Of a stretch of 64,000 nt of DNA, positions 1-8,501 are shown piece after piece. The notes beneath the pieces were generated by a model, which ran no database searches, was not told the origin of the DNA, and was given only the letters and a program-made list of their open reading frames with translations. How positions within the stretch are numbered: the stretch's first letter is position 1; the number at the start of each line of letters is the position of its first letter. Location: assembly GCA_963727765.1 (NCBI GenBank), contig CAVSGZ010000007.1, positions 82,826-146,825 of the forward strand, written 5' to 3'. The DNA is from an uncultured Acidobacteriota bacterium (lineage in GTDB: Bacteria > Acidobacteriota > Vicinamibacteria > Vicinamibacterales > Fen-181). The position numbers and the translations under genes were made by a program.

Positions 1-57
1 CCGTGTGACTGCCATCTCGTGATCGAACTCCGGGAGCAGGGCATCCTTCATGGCCAT
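1..57 (-). CDS. DinB-family protein, first 19 codons only (gene runs off the left edge)
   Basis: Minus-strand ATG at 57-55 preceded by AGGAGG (71-66). Reads MAMKDALLPEFDHEMAVTR, a typical DinB/YfiT-like N-terminus. Absent from the ORF track because it is truncated. Confidence 0.45.
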   Translation of the reverse strand, partial: MAMKDALLPEFDHEMAVTR

Positions 58-69
58 GGTGAAATCCTC

Positions 70-708
70 CTAGAACACGCCGTACACGAGGGCGAACGTG
101 ATGACGGTGGCGCTCAGGTTGACCCTGTCGGCCCGCGTGCCCGCCGGGCCGCTGGCCGTCAGCGTCGGCCTGGCCACCATGTACGCCACCGAGGCCGATG
201 CCGCCAGGTGGTGGCCCAGTTCGTACCAGAACGTGACGTTGGGCTCGACGGCCAGGCAGTTCGAGATCGAGACGCTGGCTCCCGGGATGCCCACTTGATT
301 GCCGTAGGCCGTGCGCTCGGCGTCCGACTGCGAGAGCGAGGTGAACGCCCAGCCGCCCACGATGCCCGCGCTGACGGCGTAGCGGTGGAACTGCTGGATG
401 TAGGAAACGCCGGCCATCAGCGGCTTGACGCTCATGCGACCGACCGGCGTCGGCTGTCCGCCGACGTTGACCCGGAGGTCGGAGGCGAACCAGTCCATGC
501 CGACCGTCGCACCCAGCCCCGACCCGCGCCGCAGCCGGCCGACGAGTCCCACGCCGGTCGGGTGGTTCGCGTCCGGGTTGGCAGGATCGTACAGCGTGAG
601 CGCCACACCAACGGCGATCGAGGAATCGGTCTGGGCGCAGACCGCGGGGCTGACGAGCAACAAGGCGGCGAGCGCGGCGAGCGCGGTCCCCACGAAGTTC
701 CGGGTCAC
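70..708 (-). CDS. small outer-membrane beta-barrel protein (OmpW/OmpA-like 8-strand type)
   Basis: C-terminal 212 codons of track ORF 70..2361. GTG start at 708. Signal peptide ALAALAALLLVSPAVCAQ. Alternating amphipathic strands, with a terminal ...FALVYGVF aromatic residue typical of OMPs. Confidence 0.6.
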   Translation of the reverse strand: MTRNFVGTALAALAALLLVSPAVCAQTDSSIAVGVALTLYDPANPDANHPTGVGLVGRLRRGSGLGATVGMDWFASDLRVNVGGQPTPVGRMSVKPLMAGVSYIQQFHRYAVSAGIVGGWAFTSLSQSDAERTAYGNQVGIPGASVSISNCLAVEPNVTFWYELGHHLAASASVAYMVARPTLTASGPAGTRADRVNLSATVITFALVYGVF

Positions 709-758
709 GCGAGCATCATAGCATCGGGCAGCAGGGCGCAGGCCTGAAGGCGTGAGGC

Positions 759-2486
759 TCAGCGCTCGAGGCTGCCGCCGATCCAGCGCACGCCCGGCCT
801 CAGCTCGGCGGGCCCCGTGTAACTGATGGCCAGCCCGACGAGGACGACGACGGCGGTGCCGACGAGGTTGTACCAGAGGTACGAGATCGAGGTCATCCTG
901 GCGACGGCCAGCACGGCCGCGAATCCCGCCAGCATCCCCCAGAAGGCGCCGCGCCCGGTGGCGCGCCGCGTGCCGATCGCCAGCACGAATCCCCCGAGCA
1001 GCGTGCCGTAGAAGAGCGACCCCACCTTGTTGACCACCTCGATGAGGGACCCGGCGCTGGCCGCGTAGACGGCGAACGCGCACGCGGTCAATCCCCAGAA
1101 CCCGGTCGCCACCTTCGCGACCGCCAGGTAGTGCGAGTCGGACGCGTCCTTGCGAACGTGGCGGCGGTAGATGTCGATGACCGTCGACGTGGCGAGGGCG
1201 TTCCACTCGCCGGCGCTGGCCGACATGGCGGCCGCGAAGATCGCAGCGATGATCAAGCCGACCAGCCCGACCGGCAACTGCGTGGTCACGAAGGTCGGGA
1301 ACACGTAGTTGACGTCGTTGTACGCCTTGTCGCCGGTCACCTCCTTCACCACCCTGACGGCGCCCGCTCGGATCCGTGCGAGCGCCGCGTCGGCGGTCCG
1401 AAACGCGTCGGTCGCCTGCGCGATGGAGGCCGCGTCGCCCCGCCGCCGGGCCTCGGTCGCCGTGAGGGCTGCCGCCCGGCGTGCCGCGAACGCGGACGAG
1501 AACTCGCGCTCGAGGCCGGCCAGCTCTCCCGCGCGCGGGCTCGCCTCGATCTCGGCGCGATGCGCGTTGTTGAAGAGCATCGGCGGCTCGGTGAACAGGT
1601 AGAACACGAAGACCAGGACGCCGGTCAGCAGGATGAGCGTCTGCAGCGGCACCTTGACGAACGCGCTGAGCAGCAGCGAGCTGCGCCCCTCGTCCTCGGA
1701 CTTCGCCGTCAGGTAGCGCTGCACCTGGCTCTGGTCGCAGCCGAAGTAGGCCAGCATCAGGAACACGCCCGCTAGCGCCCCCGACCAGAACGTGTAGTTG
1801 GTGGTCGGGTCGAAGGAGAAGTCCACGGTCTTCAGCCGGCCGGCCGCCCCGGCGATGTGCAGCGCGTCGGTGAACGAGACCTCGCGCGGCAGGCCGAGCA
1901 CCAGCAGGACCACCGCCGCGCACACGGCGGCCACGACGAGGCCCATCTGCTTGACGTCGGTCCACGCGACGGCCTGCACGCCGCCGAACATCGTGTACGC
2001 GGCCGTCGGCACGCCGATGGCGAGCACCGTCAGGGTGAGGTTCCAGCCGAGGACGATCGAGAGGATCACGGCCGGTGCGGCGATGATGACGCCGCAGGAG
2101 AGGCTTCGCGTCATCAGGAAGAGCAGGGCGGCCAGCATCCGCGTCTTCGAGTCGAACCGCTGCTCGAGGTACTCGTAGGCGGTGTAGACGCGGGCCCGAT
2201 AGAAAAAGGGGACGACGGTCACCGACAGGATCACCATCGCGAGCGGCAGGCCGAAGTAGAACTGCACGAACCGCATGCCGTCGGCGTAGCCCTGGCCGGT
2301 CGTGCCGACCAGCGTGATGGCGCTCATCTGCGTCGCCATCACCGAGAGGCCGGCCGCCCACCAGGGCAGGCTCCGCTTCGCGAGTAGATAACCGTCGATC
2401 TCGTTGGCCGCGCGTGTCCGCCTCAGGCCGTCGTACACGATCCAGACGAGGTAGACGCCGATGACGAGCCAGTCGATGGCATGCAT
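759..2486 (-). CDS. sodium:solute symporter (SSF) family transporter
   Basis: Track ORF 759..2777 trimmed to ATG 2486 ([15 protein letters not shown]...). Multi-TM protein with SSF-like N-terminus ...[33 protein letters not shown]. The upstream 97 codons are Arg/Pro-rich junk. Confidence 0.85.
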   Translation of the reverse strand: MHAIDWLVIGVYLVWIVYDGLRRTRAANEIDGYLLAKRSLPWWAAGLSVMATQMSAITLVGTTGQGYADGMRFVQFYFGLPLAMVILSVTVVPFFYRARVYTAYEYLEQRFDSKTRMLAALLFLMTRSLSCGVIIAAPAVILSIVLGWNLTLTVLAIGVPTAAYTMFGGVQAVAWTDVKQMGLVVAAVCAAVVLLVLGLPREVSFTDALHIAGAAGRLKTVDFSFDPTTNYTFWSGALAGVFLMLAYFGCDQSQVQRYLTAKSEDEGRSSLLLSAFVKVPLQTLILLTGVLVFVFYLFTEPPMLFNNAHRAEIEASPRAGELAGLEREFSSAFAARRAAALTATEARRRGDAASIAQATDAFRTADAALARIRAGAVRVVKEVTGDKAYNDVNYVFPTFVTTQLPVGLVGLIIAAIFAAAMSASAGEWNALATSTVIDIYRRHVRKDASDSHYLAVAKVATGFWGLTACAFAVYAASAGSLIEVVNKVGSLFYGTLLGGFVLAIGTRRATGRGAFWGMLAGFAAVLAVARMTSISYLWYNLVGTAVVVLVGLAISYTGPAELRPGVRWIGGSLER

Positions 2487-2634
2487 GGTGTCGCTTCGAG
2501 CCGTCGTCTCACGAACTGAAGTAACGCCCGAAGGTCCACAGCGCGGTGATGACGGCCGCGTGGAGTACGAGCACGAGCGCGTAGGTCCGGGCGCGTGAGC
2601 GCTGGTCTGCTGGGGCTCGAGGATTCTGGCGTCA

Positions 2635-4089
2635 TCAGAGGGCGGCCTTTCTCGCCGCCAGGCGGACGGCGGCGGCGGCCAGAGCCGAACGCGTGTCGGA
2701 GAGCCACCGGTGGTCGGCCTCAAGGCTCCGGATCGAGGCCTCGAGCGCCCGGCCGGTTTCCTCGGCCGCCGGTCCACCCAGCGTCCGCCTGACCTCCACG
2801 AAATGCCGCGGGCTCAGCAGCTCCTCGAGCGCCTGATCCGTGTACACGATCGGCGTCCCGACGATGCCCGCGGACACCTCCGCGAGCAGGGCGGCGCGAG
2901 AGCGGCCGGGTGCCGCCGCGGCCGCCTGGTTGAAGGCCGAGGCCACCCGGTGCCCGAGCTGGAACGGGACGCCGCGGTCCCGCGCGAGGACGTCGGCGAG
3001 CTCGGTCATCGTGATCCCATTCTGCGCGGCGCGGGCCTCGAGCTTCGCGCGGTCGAACTCGGCGCCGCGAAGCGCGGCAGCCAGCAGGGCTACCGCCCGC
3101 GTCGCGTCGTGCAGCGCCACGGACACGAGCGGCTGCAGGTCGTCCTCGGTGTCGACGATATCCCCGAACGGCGTGTTGTGGACCGCCACCACGACGCCCA
3201 GGAGCTCGCCGAGCGCACGGCTGGCAATGCTCCGCGCGTGCTCGACCGACACCGGGTTCCGCTTCTGCGGCATGATGCTGCTCGGCTGCACGAAGCCGTC
3301 GGCGAGCCGCAGGTAGCCGAATTCCATCATGCACCAGAGCAGGACGTCCTGGACGAAGCGGCCGAAGCCGGTGAGCGCGACCGCCGCCGCCGAGACGTTC
3401 TGGAGCAGGTAGTCCACCGACGCGATGCTGCCGTAGGTGTTGACCGTCGGGCCGAGGAACCCGAGCAGGTCGGAGGTGAGCTGGCGGTCGATGTCGAAAC
3501 CGGTCCCCGTGATGGCGCACGCGCCGAGCGGGTTGCGGTTGGTGGACTCGTAGGCGGCGCGCAGCCGGACCGCGTCTCGCTCGAGTTGCTCGATGACGGC
3601 CAGCAGGTAGTGCGCGATGGTAGAGGGCTGCGCTGGCTGCGTGTGCGTGTGCGCCGGGAACACCGTGTCCCGCGTGCGGCCGGCGATCTCGGCGAGCGTG
3701 TCGCGGAGGGCCAGCGTCGCCTCGAGCAGGCCGAGGACCAGTTCACGCTGGCGCATCCGGTAGAGCACCATGGCAATGTCGTTGCGGCTGCGCGCCGTGT
3801 GCAGCCGGCCCGCCACGTCCTCCCCGCAGGCCTCGACCAGCCGCCGCGTGATGTGGCAGAAGAGGTCCTCGTCGGCGCCGTCGAAGACGGCGTGCCGGAC
3901 CTGGTCGAGCGGCATGGCGTCGAGCGCGTCTCGGATGACGCGCGCGTCGGCGCGCCCGACGATGCCGCGCTCGGCGAGCATCACCAGGTGCGCGCCGTGC
4001 ATGGCCATCATCTCTTCGAGGAAGAGCCGCTTCCCGTCCTCGAAGTTCTCGCCGAGGACCAGCGACACGTACTCGGGTGCGAAGGGCAT
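2635..4089 (-). CDS. argininosuccinate-lyase / fumarate-lyase superfamily protein (divergent ArgH paralogue)
   Basis: 484 aa. Contains [18 protein letters not shown] and the lyase signature [10 protein letters not shown]. Lacks arginine-biosynthesis neighbours. Confidence 0.8.
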   Translation of the reverse strand: MPFAPEYVSLVLGENFEDGKRLFLEEMMAMHGAHLVMLAERGIVGRADARVIRDALDAMPLDQVRHAVFDGADEDLFCHITRRLVEACGEDVAGRLHTARSRNDIAMVLYRMRQRELVLGLLEATLALRDTLAEIAGRTRDTVFPAHTHTQPAQPSTIAHYLLAVIEQLERDAVRLRAAYESTNRNPLGACAITGTGFDIDRQLTSDLLGFLGPTVNTYGSIASVDYLLQNVSAAAVALTGFGRFVQDVLLWCMMEFGYLRLADGFVQPSSIMPQKRNPVSVEHARSIASRALGELLGVVVAVHNTPFGDIVDTEDDLQPLVSVALHDATRAVALLAAALRGAEFDRAKLEARAAQNGITMTELADVLARDRGVPFQLGHRVASAFNQAAAAAPGRSRAALLAEVSAGIVGTPIVYTDQALEELLSPRHFVEVRRTLGGPAAEETGRALEASIRSLEADHRWLSDTRSALAAAAVRLAARKAAL

Positions 4090-4230
4090 ATGGGTGTGCC
4101 TCGAGGTTCCGGATCCGCCGGCGGGCGCCGGCGCCGCGCGCCGGGCAGCAGGAGTCTACCGCAGATTCGCGGGGATCGCGAGACGGGATCTTGACACGAA
4201 TGTCGCCGGAAATGTAATTTATGCGCGCAG

Positions 4231-4251
4231 TTAATAATGTCTGTTAATTAA
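4231..4251. promoter_or_regulatory. AT-rich inverted repeat, candidate ROK-repressor operator in a divergent promoter region
   Basis: TTAATAATGTCTGTTAATTAA, i.e. TTAAT-N11-ATTAA. It is the only AT-rich patch in the 187-nt spacer between the argH-like gene (-) and the ROK gene (+). Confidence 0.3.
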
Positions 4252-4276
4252 GTGGGAGCCCGACCGGTCTCCACGT

Positions 4277-5602
4277 ATGGCACACCGACGCGCCGCCCTC
4301 GACCTCGAGCCGGACCAGTTCAGGACGATCGAGAAGATCGACCTCGCGGCGATGCGCCGCCTGAACGTGATCCGGATCCTGGACGCCGTGCGGAGCGACG
4401 GCCCCATCTCCCGCGCGAGCCTGGCCAAGCGCTCGGGCCTCAGCCCGCCCGCCGTGTCGGCGCTGGTCGACGACCTGATCGCCGGACGCGGCCTGCTCCG
4501 CGAGGTGGGCCGCGACGTGTCGACCGGCGGCCGCCGCGCGAGGCTCGTCAGCTTCGCGGCCGACCACGGCTGCGTCGTCGGCGTCGACATCGGGTCCACG
4601 AGGCTCCGCTACGCGGTCGCGGACCTCGACGGCCGCCTGCTCGGCCGGCTCGAGGAGCCGACCGGGAAGCCGTCGCCCTCCGCGCTGATCACCCAGCTGA
4701 GCGGCGGGATCCGCCGCGTCCTCGACGGCGCGCGCCGAAGCGGCCCGCTGGCCGCGATTGGAATCGGCGCGCCGGGGATGACCGACGTGCGAAAGGGCGT
4801 CGTCATCGAGGCCGCGAACCTCCGCGGGTGGACCGACATCGCCCTGCGGGAGCGCGTCTCCCGGCGGTTCGGCGTGCCAGTGGCCGTCGACAACGACGTC
4901 AACATGGCCGCGCTCGGCGAGTACTGGGTGGGCTGCGCGAGGCGCGTGCCCAATTTCGTCTTCATCGCGCTCGGCCGGGGCGTCGGCGCCGGCATCATGA
5001 TCGACGGCCGGGTTCACCGCGGGAGCCAGTGGTATGCGGGAGAGATCAGCCACCTGCTGCTGGACTACACGCAGTGGCGGCGCAATTTCTGGCCGCAGGG
5101 CTACCTGGAGCGGCACGTCGGCGCCGCTGCCATCGCCGGCAGCTGGCGGCAGGCGGGGCGCGACGGGAGAGGGTCGGCCGCGAACATCGCGGCCCTCTTC
5201 GCCGCGGCGCGTCAGGGGGACGCGGCCGCCGCCGGGATCGTGAGCGAAGCGGCCACGGTCCTCGGCGTGGCGGTGGCGAACATCGTCACCACGCTGGACC
5301 CGGCCCTGGTCGTGTTCGGGGGCGGCCTCGGCCAGGTGGGCGAGCAGCTGTTGAAGCCGGTCCGGCAGGTGGTGGGGCGCATCGTCCCCAATCGGCCGGT
5401 GATCCGGATGACGGCACTCAAAGGGGACGCCCAGGTGTACGGCAGCGTGCTCACGGCGCTCAGATTGGCCAACCGCGTGCTGTACGACGAAATCCTGGCC
5501 GACCAGGATCCGTCGCGAAAGACCGGATCGCGGAACCGACGAGGCCGCAGGACGACTCCGGCCGGACGGGAACGGCCGGCGTCGCGCTCCGGGTCGAGGT
5601 GA
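4277..5602 (+). CDS. ROK-family transcriptional regulator (NagC/Mlc/XylR-like)
   Basis: N-terminal wHTH (ISRASLAKRSGLSPPAVSALVDDL) followed by a ROK sugar-kinase-like core (GVDIGSTRLRYAVADLDG, GIGAPG, DNDVNMAALGE). The C-terminal 40 aa form an Arg-rich tail. Confidence 0.85.
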   Translation: MAHRRAALDLEPDQFRTIEKIDLAAMRRLNVIRILDAVRSDGPISRASLAKRSGLSPPAVSALVDDLIAGRGLLREVGRDVSTGGRRARLVSFAADHGCVVGVDIGSTRLRYAVADLDGRLLGRLEEPTGKPSPSALITQLSGGIRRVLDGARRSGPLAAIGIGAPGMTDVRKGVVIEAANLRGWTDIALRERVSRRFGVPVAVDNDVNMAALGEYWVGCARRVPNFVFIALGRGVGAGIMIDGRVHRGSQWYAGEISHLLLDYTQWRRNFWPQGYLERHVGAAAIAGSWRQAGRDGRGSAANIAALFAAARQGDAAAAGIVSEAATVLGVAVANIVTTLDPALVVFGGGLGQVGEQLLKPVRQVVGRIVPNRPVIRMTALKGDAQVYGSVLTALRLANRVLYDEILADQDPSRKTGSRNRRGRRTTPAGRERPASRSGSR

Positions 5603-5645
5603 GTGTCGGGCGGCGGAGTTGGAGAGGTGTTGACAGGCGGTCACT

Positions 5646-8416
5646 ATGAAACGACTTTGGATCCTCGCAGCAGCCGTCTTCGTCGCGGGCCTCGTCGTCG
5701 TGTCGCCACGGACGACCGAGGTCAGGGCCCAAGCGCGGCTGATGTCGCTGGTTTCGCAGGAGAACGGGCACGCGGCGCTCGGGCTCGCCCTGCGGCGACT
5801 GAATGTGAACGGCATCTTCCTCGAAACCGCGGCACATCCCGATGACGAGCACAATCAGCTCTACGCGCTGCTCACGCTCGGCCAGGGGATCCGCTCGGTG
5901 GACGTCCAGACGACCCGCGGCGAAGGCGGGCAGAACGAAATAGGCCCCGAGCTGTTTCGTGACATCGCGGTCCTCAGAACCTCCGAGCTGCTGTCGGCGC
6001 ACCGTCTCGACGGCGCCGAGCAGTGGTTCATCCGCGCCATCGATTACGGCTACTCGTTCGACCCCGCAGAGATCTACAGGGCCTGGGGGCGCGACGATGT
6101 CGTGGGCGACTTCGTCCGCATGATCCGGATGCACCGGCCCGACGTCGTGCTCACGATGTCGATCCAGGGCCGCGGCGGCGACCGCGCCCATGAAGCGACG
6201 GCCGTCCTGACGCGTGAGGCGTTCCGCGCGGCGGCCGACCCGGCGCGGTATCCCGAGCAGATCAGGGCGGGCCTGCGGCCCTGGCAGGCCAGGAAGCTGT
6301 ACTTCACGGGTGGTTCGGGCGTGATTGGCGGTCCGCCGCCGTCCACGCCGTCGTCCGAGCCGGCGGGGCACTTCGCCACCGTGGACTCGGGCGTGTACGA
6401 CCAGCTGCTCGGGCGAACCTACACCGACATCGGCAATGACGCTCGCAGCTACCACAAGTGCCAGGGCATGGGGCTGCTGCCGCTACTGGTTGGCGGGATC
6501 GGCGGCGGGCGCGGCCCGTCCGGGGCGTCGCGCTACCGGCTGGTGGACTCGAGCATTCCCGGCGAGATGGACAAGGACGAGATGTCGCTGTTCGAGGGCG
6601 TGGACACCAGCCTGGCGGGCCTCGCATCGTTTGCCGGCCCGAATCCGCCGCAGGGTCTGACCGCCGGACTCGCCGCGATCGCCGAGCAGGCGCGGCTGGC
6701 GCAGAGGACTTCCGACTCGGGCGACGACGCGGGGACGGCCGTCCCGGTGGTGGCGGGGCTGAACGCGGTGCGGGCCCTGCGCGCCGAGCTCGGTGCGATG
6801 CGGCTCGCCGAGACCGCGCGATTCGAGATCGACTTTCGCCTGAAGATCAAGGAGGCCGACTACGAGCGGGCCGCGCTGCTCGCGTCGGGCCTGGCGTTCG
6901 AGGCGGTTGCCGACGACGGGCTGGTCGTCGCCGGCCAGCCGGTGAAGCTCTCCTTCGCCGTGGCCAACAGGGGAGCGGTCGATGTCGCGGTGACCGGCGT
7001 CGGCGTGTCGGGTTTCGCGCAGCCCGCCGCGTGCGCCGCCGGCACCGCCAAGCCGCGGGCGGTGTTCACGTGCACGGTGGACGTCCGGGTCCCAGCCGAT
7101 GCCAGGCTCACCGAGCCCTACTGGACCGACCAGTACCTGGGACACTCGGCCGCCCAAGGCCGCGCTCAACATCTTCCCGTCAGACGTCGAGTTCGGCGCG
7201 CCGTTCCGGCCGTCGCCCTTCCGCGCCGCGTTCCGCGTGAAGGTCGGTGGCGTCGAGATCGTGAAGGACCTCGCCGTCCAGTATCGCTACGCGAAGGACA
7301 CCTTCGTGGGCGAGAAGCGTATGGAGTTGAACGTCGTCCCGGCCTTCTCGGTGAGGATGACGCCGGCAACCGCGGTGATTCCGGCCGTTCGCGCGGCCGG
7401 CGCGAAGACGATCGAACGCGACCTCTTCGTGTCGGTGACCAGCGGCGCGAAGGGACCGGAACAGGCGAACGTGTCGCTCGTGCTGCCGAAGGGCTGGACG
7501 GCCGTGCCGGCCGCGGCCGCGCTCAGCTTCTCGAACGAGGATGAGGCGCTCACGGCCCGCTTCCAGGTGACGGTGCCGGCGGCCGTCGGGACGGGGGAGT
7601 ACCAGGTCCGCGCAGTGGTGACCTCGACCGCGGTGGGGGCGACGAAGTTCGGCAGCGGCTACCAGGAGATCGACTACCCGCACATCGAGCGGCGGCAGGT
7701 CATCAAGCCCGCGGAGACCGACATCAAGGTGATCGACGTGAGGACGGTCCCGAACCTGCGCGTGGGGTACGTGGTCGGAGCGGGTGACCAGGTGCCGCCC
7801 GCGCTCGAGCAGCTCGGAGCCCGCGTCAGCTTCATCCAGCCCGACGAGCTGGCGTGGGGGGATTCTGTCGCGGTACGACGTGATCATGACCGGCGTGCGC
7901 GCCTATCTCAAGCGGCCCGACCTGCGGGCGTACAACCGGCGCCTGATCGACTTCGCGAGTCGCGGTGGGACGGTGATCGTCCAGTACAACAAGATGGAGT
8001 TCAACCAGGCACAGTTCGGGCCGTACCCGGCCAAGGTCGGCACCGGCCGGGTGACTGACGAGAACGCGCCGGTGAAGGTCCTGGTGCCGGGACATCCGGT
8101 CTTCAACTTCCCGAACCGGATCACCGACGCTGCGTGGAAGGGCTGGGTACAGGAACGAGGCCTGTACTTCCTCGGCGAGAAGGACCCGAAATACGTGGAC
8201 CTCGTCTCGATGGTAGATTCTGCGCCGGACAACCCGGGCGCCAAGCTCGGGGCGCTCGTCGACGCGCGCGTCGGCAAGGGGCACTGGATCTACCTCGGTC
8301 TCGGGCTGTGGCGGCAGCTGCCGGCGCAGACCGAAGGCGCGTATCAACTTCTGGCGAATCTCATCAGCCTGCCCAGGGCGCCGGCCGCGCCCGGGGCCGT
8401 CGGCAAGGACCACTGA
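5646..8416 (+). pseudogene. secreted PIG-L/LmbE-family deacetylase fused to a ThuA/GATase1-like C-terminal domain; two +1 frameshifts as read
   Basis: The coding signal continues through three track ORFs (5646..7544, 7099..8058, 7784..8416). Signal peptide, then AAHPDDE motif. Frame changes occur near 7139-7141 (G run, ...PYWTDQYLG/TRPPKAALNIFPSD...) and 7856-7864 (GGGGGG run, ...DELAWG/..LSRYDVIMTGVRAY...). Confidence 0.75.
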
Positions 8417-8501
8417 AGGCTCGACAGGTGACCACTGAGGGACGCGTGACGGCCGTGCCAGACCCGGGCGCTTGTGCCCCAATTCCGGAGGATCGCGAGA
8501 C

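Noticed and set aside
70-2361. 763-aa minus-strand ORF spanning the OMP and SSF regions
   Set aside because: Only the last 212 codons (70-708) look like a real protein, the OMP. The remainder is an Arg/Gly/Pro-rich alternative frame of the SSF transporter gene.
2509-2637. TGA read-through of the argH-like gene adding a C-terminal TM helix
   Set aside because: There is no selenocysteine-insertion-like structure and no precedent for a membrane-anchored lyase of this family. The frame after the stop is more simply explained as chance, or as a separate tiny ORF (reported with low interest).
2635-4089. Calling this gene argH (arginine biosynthesis)
   Set aside because: The superfamily signature is present. 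However, the N-terminus and several conserved ArgH blocks are divergent, and the neighbours are a transporter, an OMP and a ROK regulator rather than arg genes. I kept it at the family level only.
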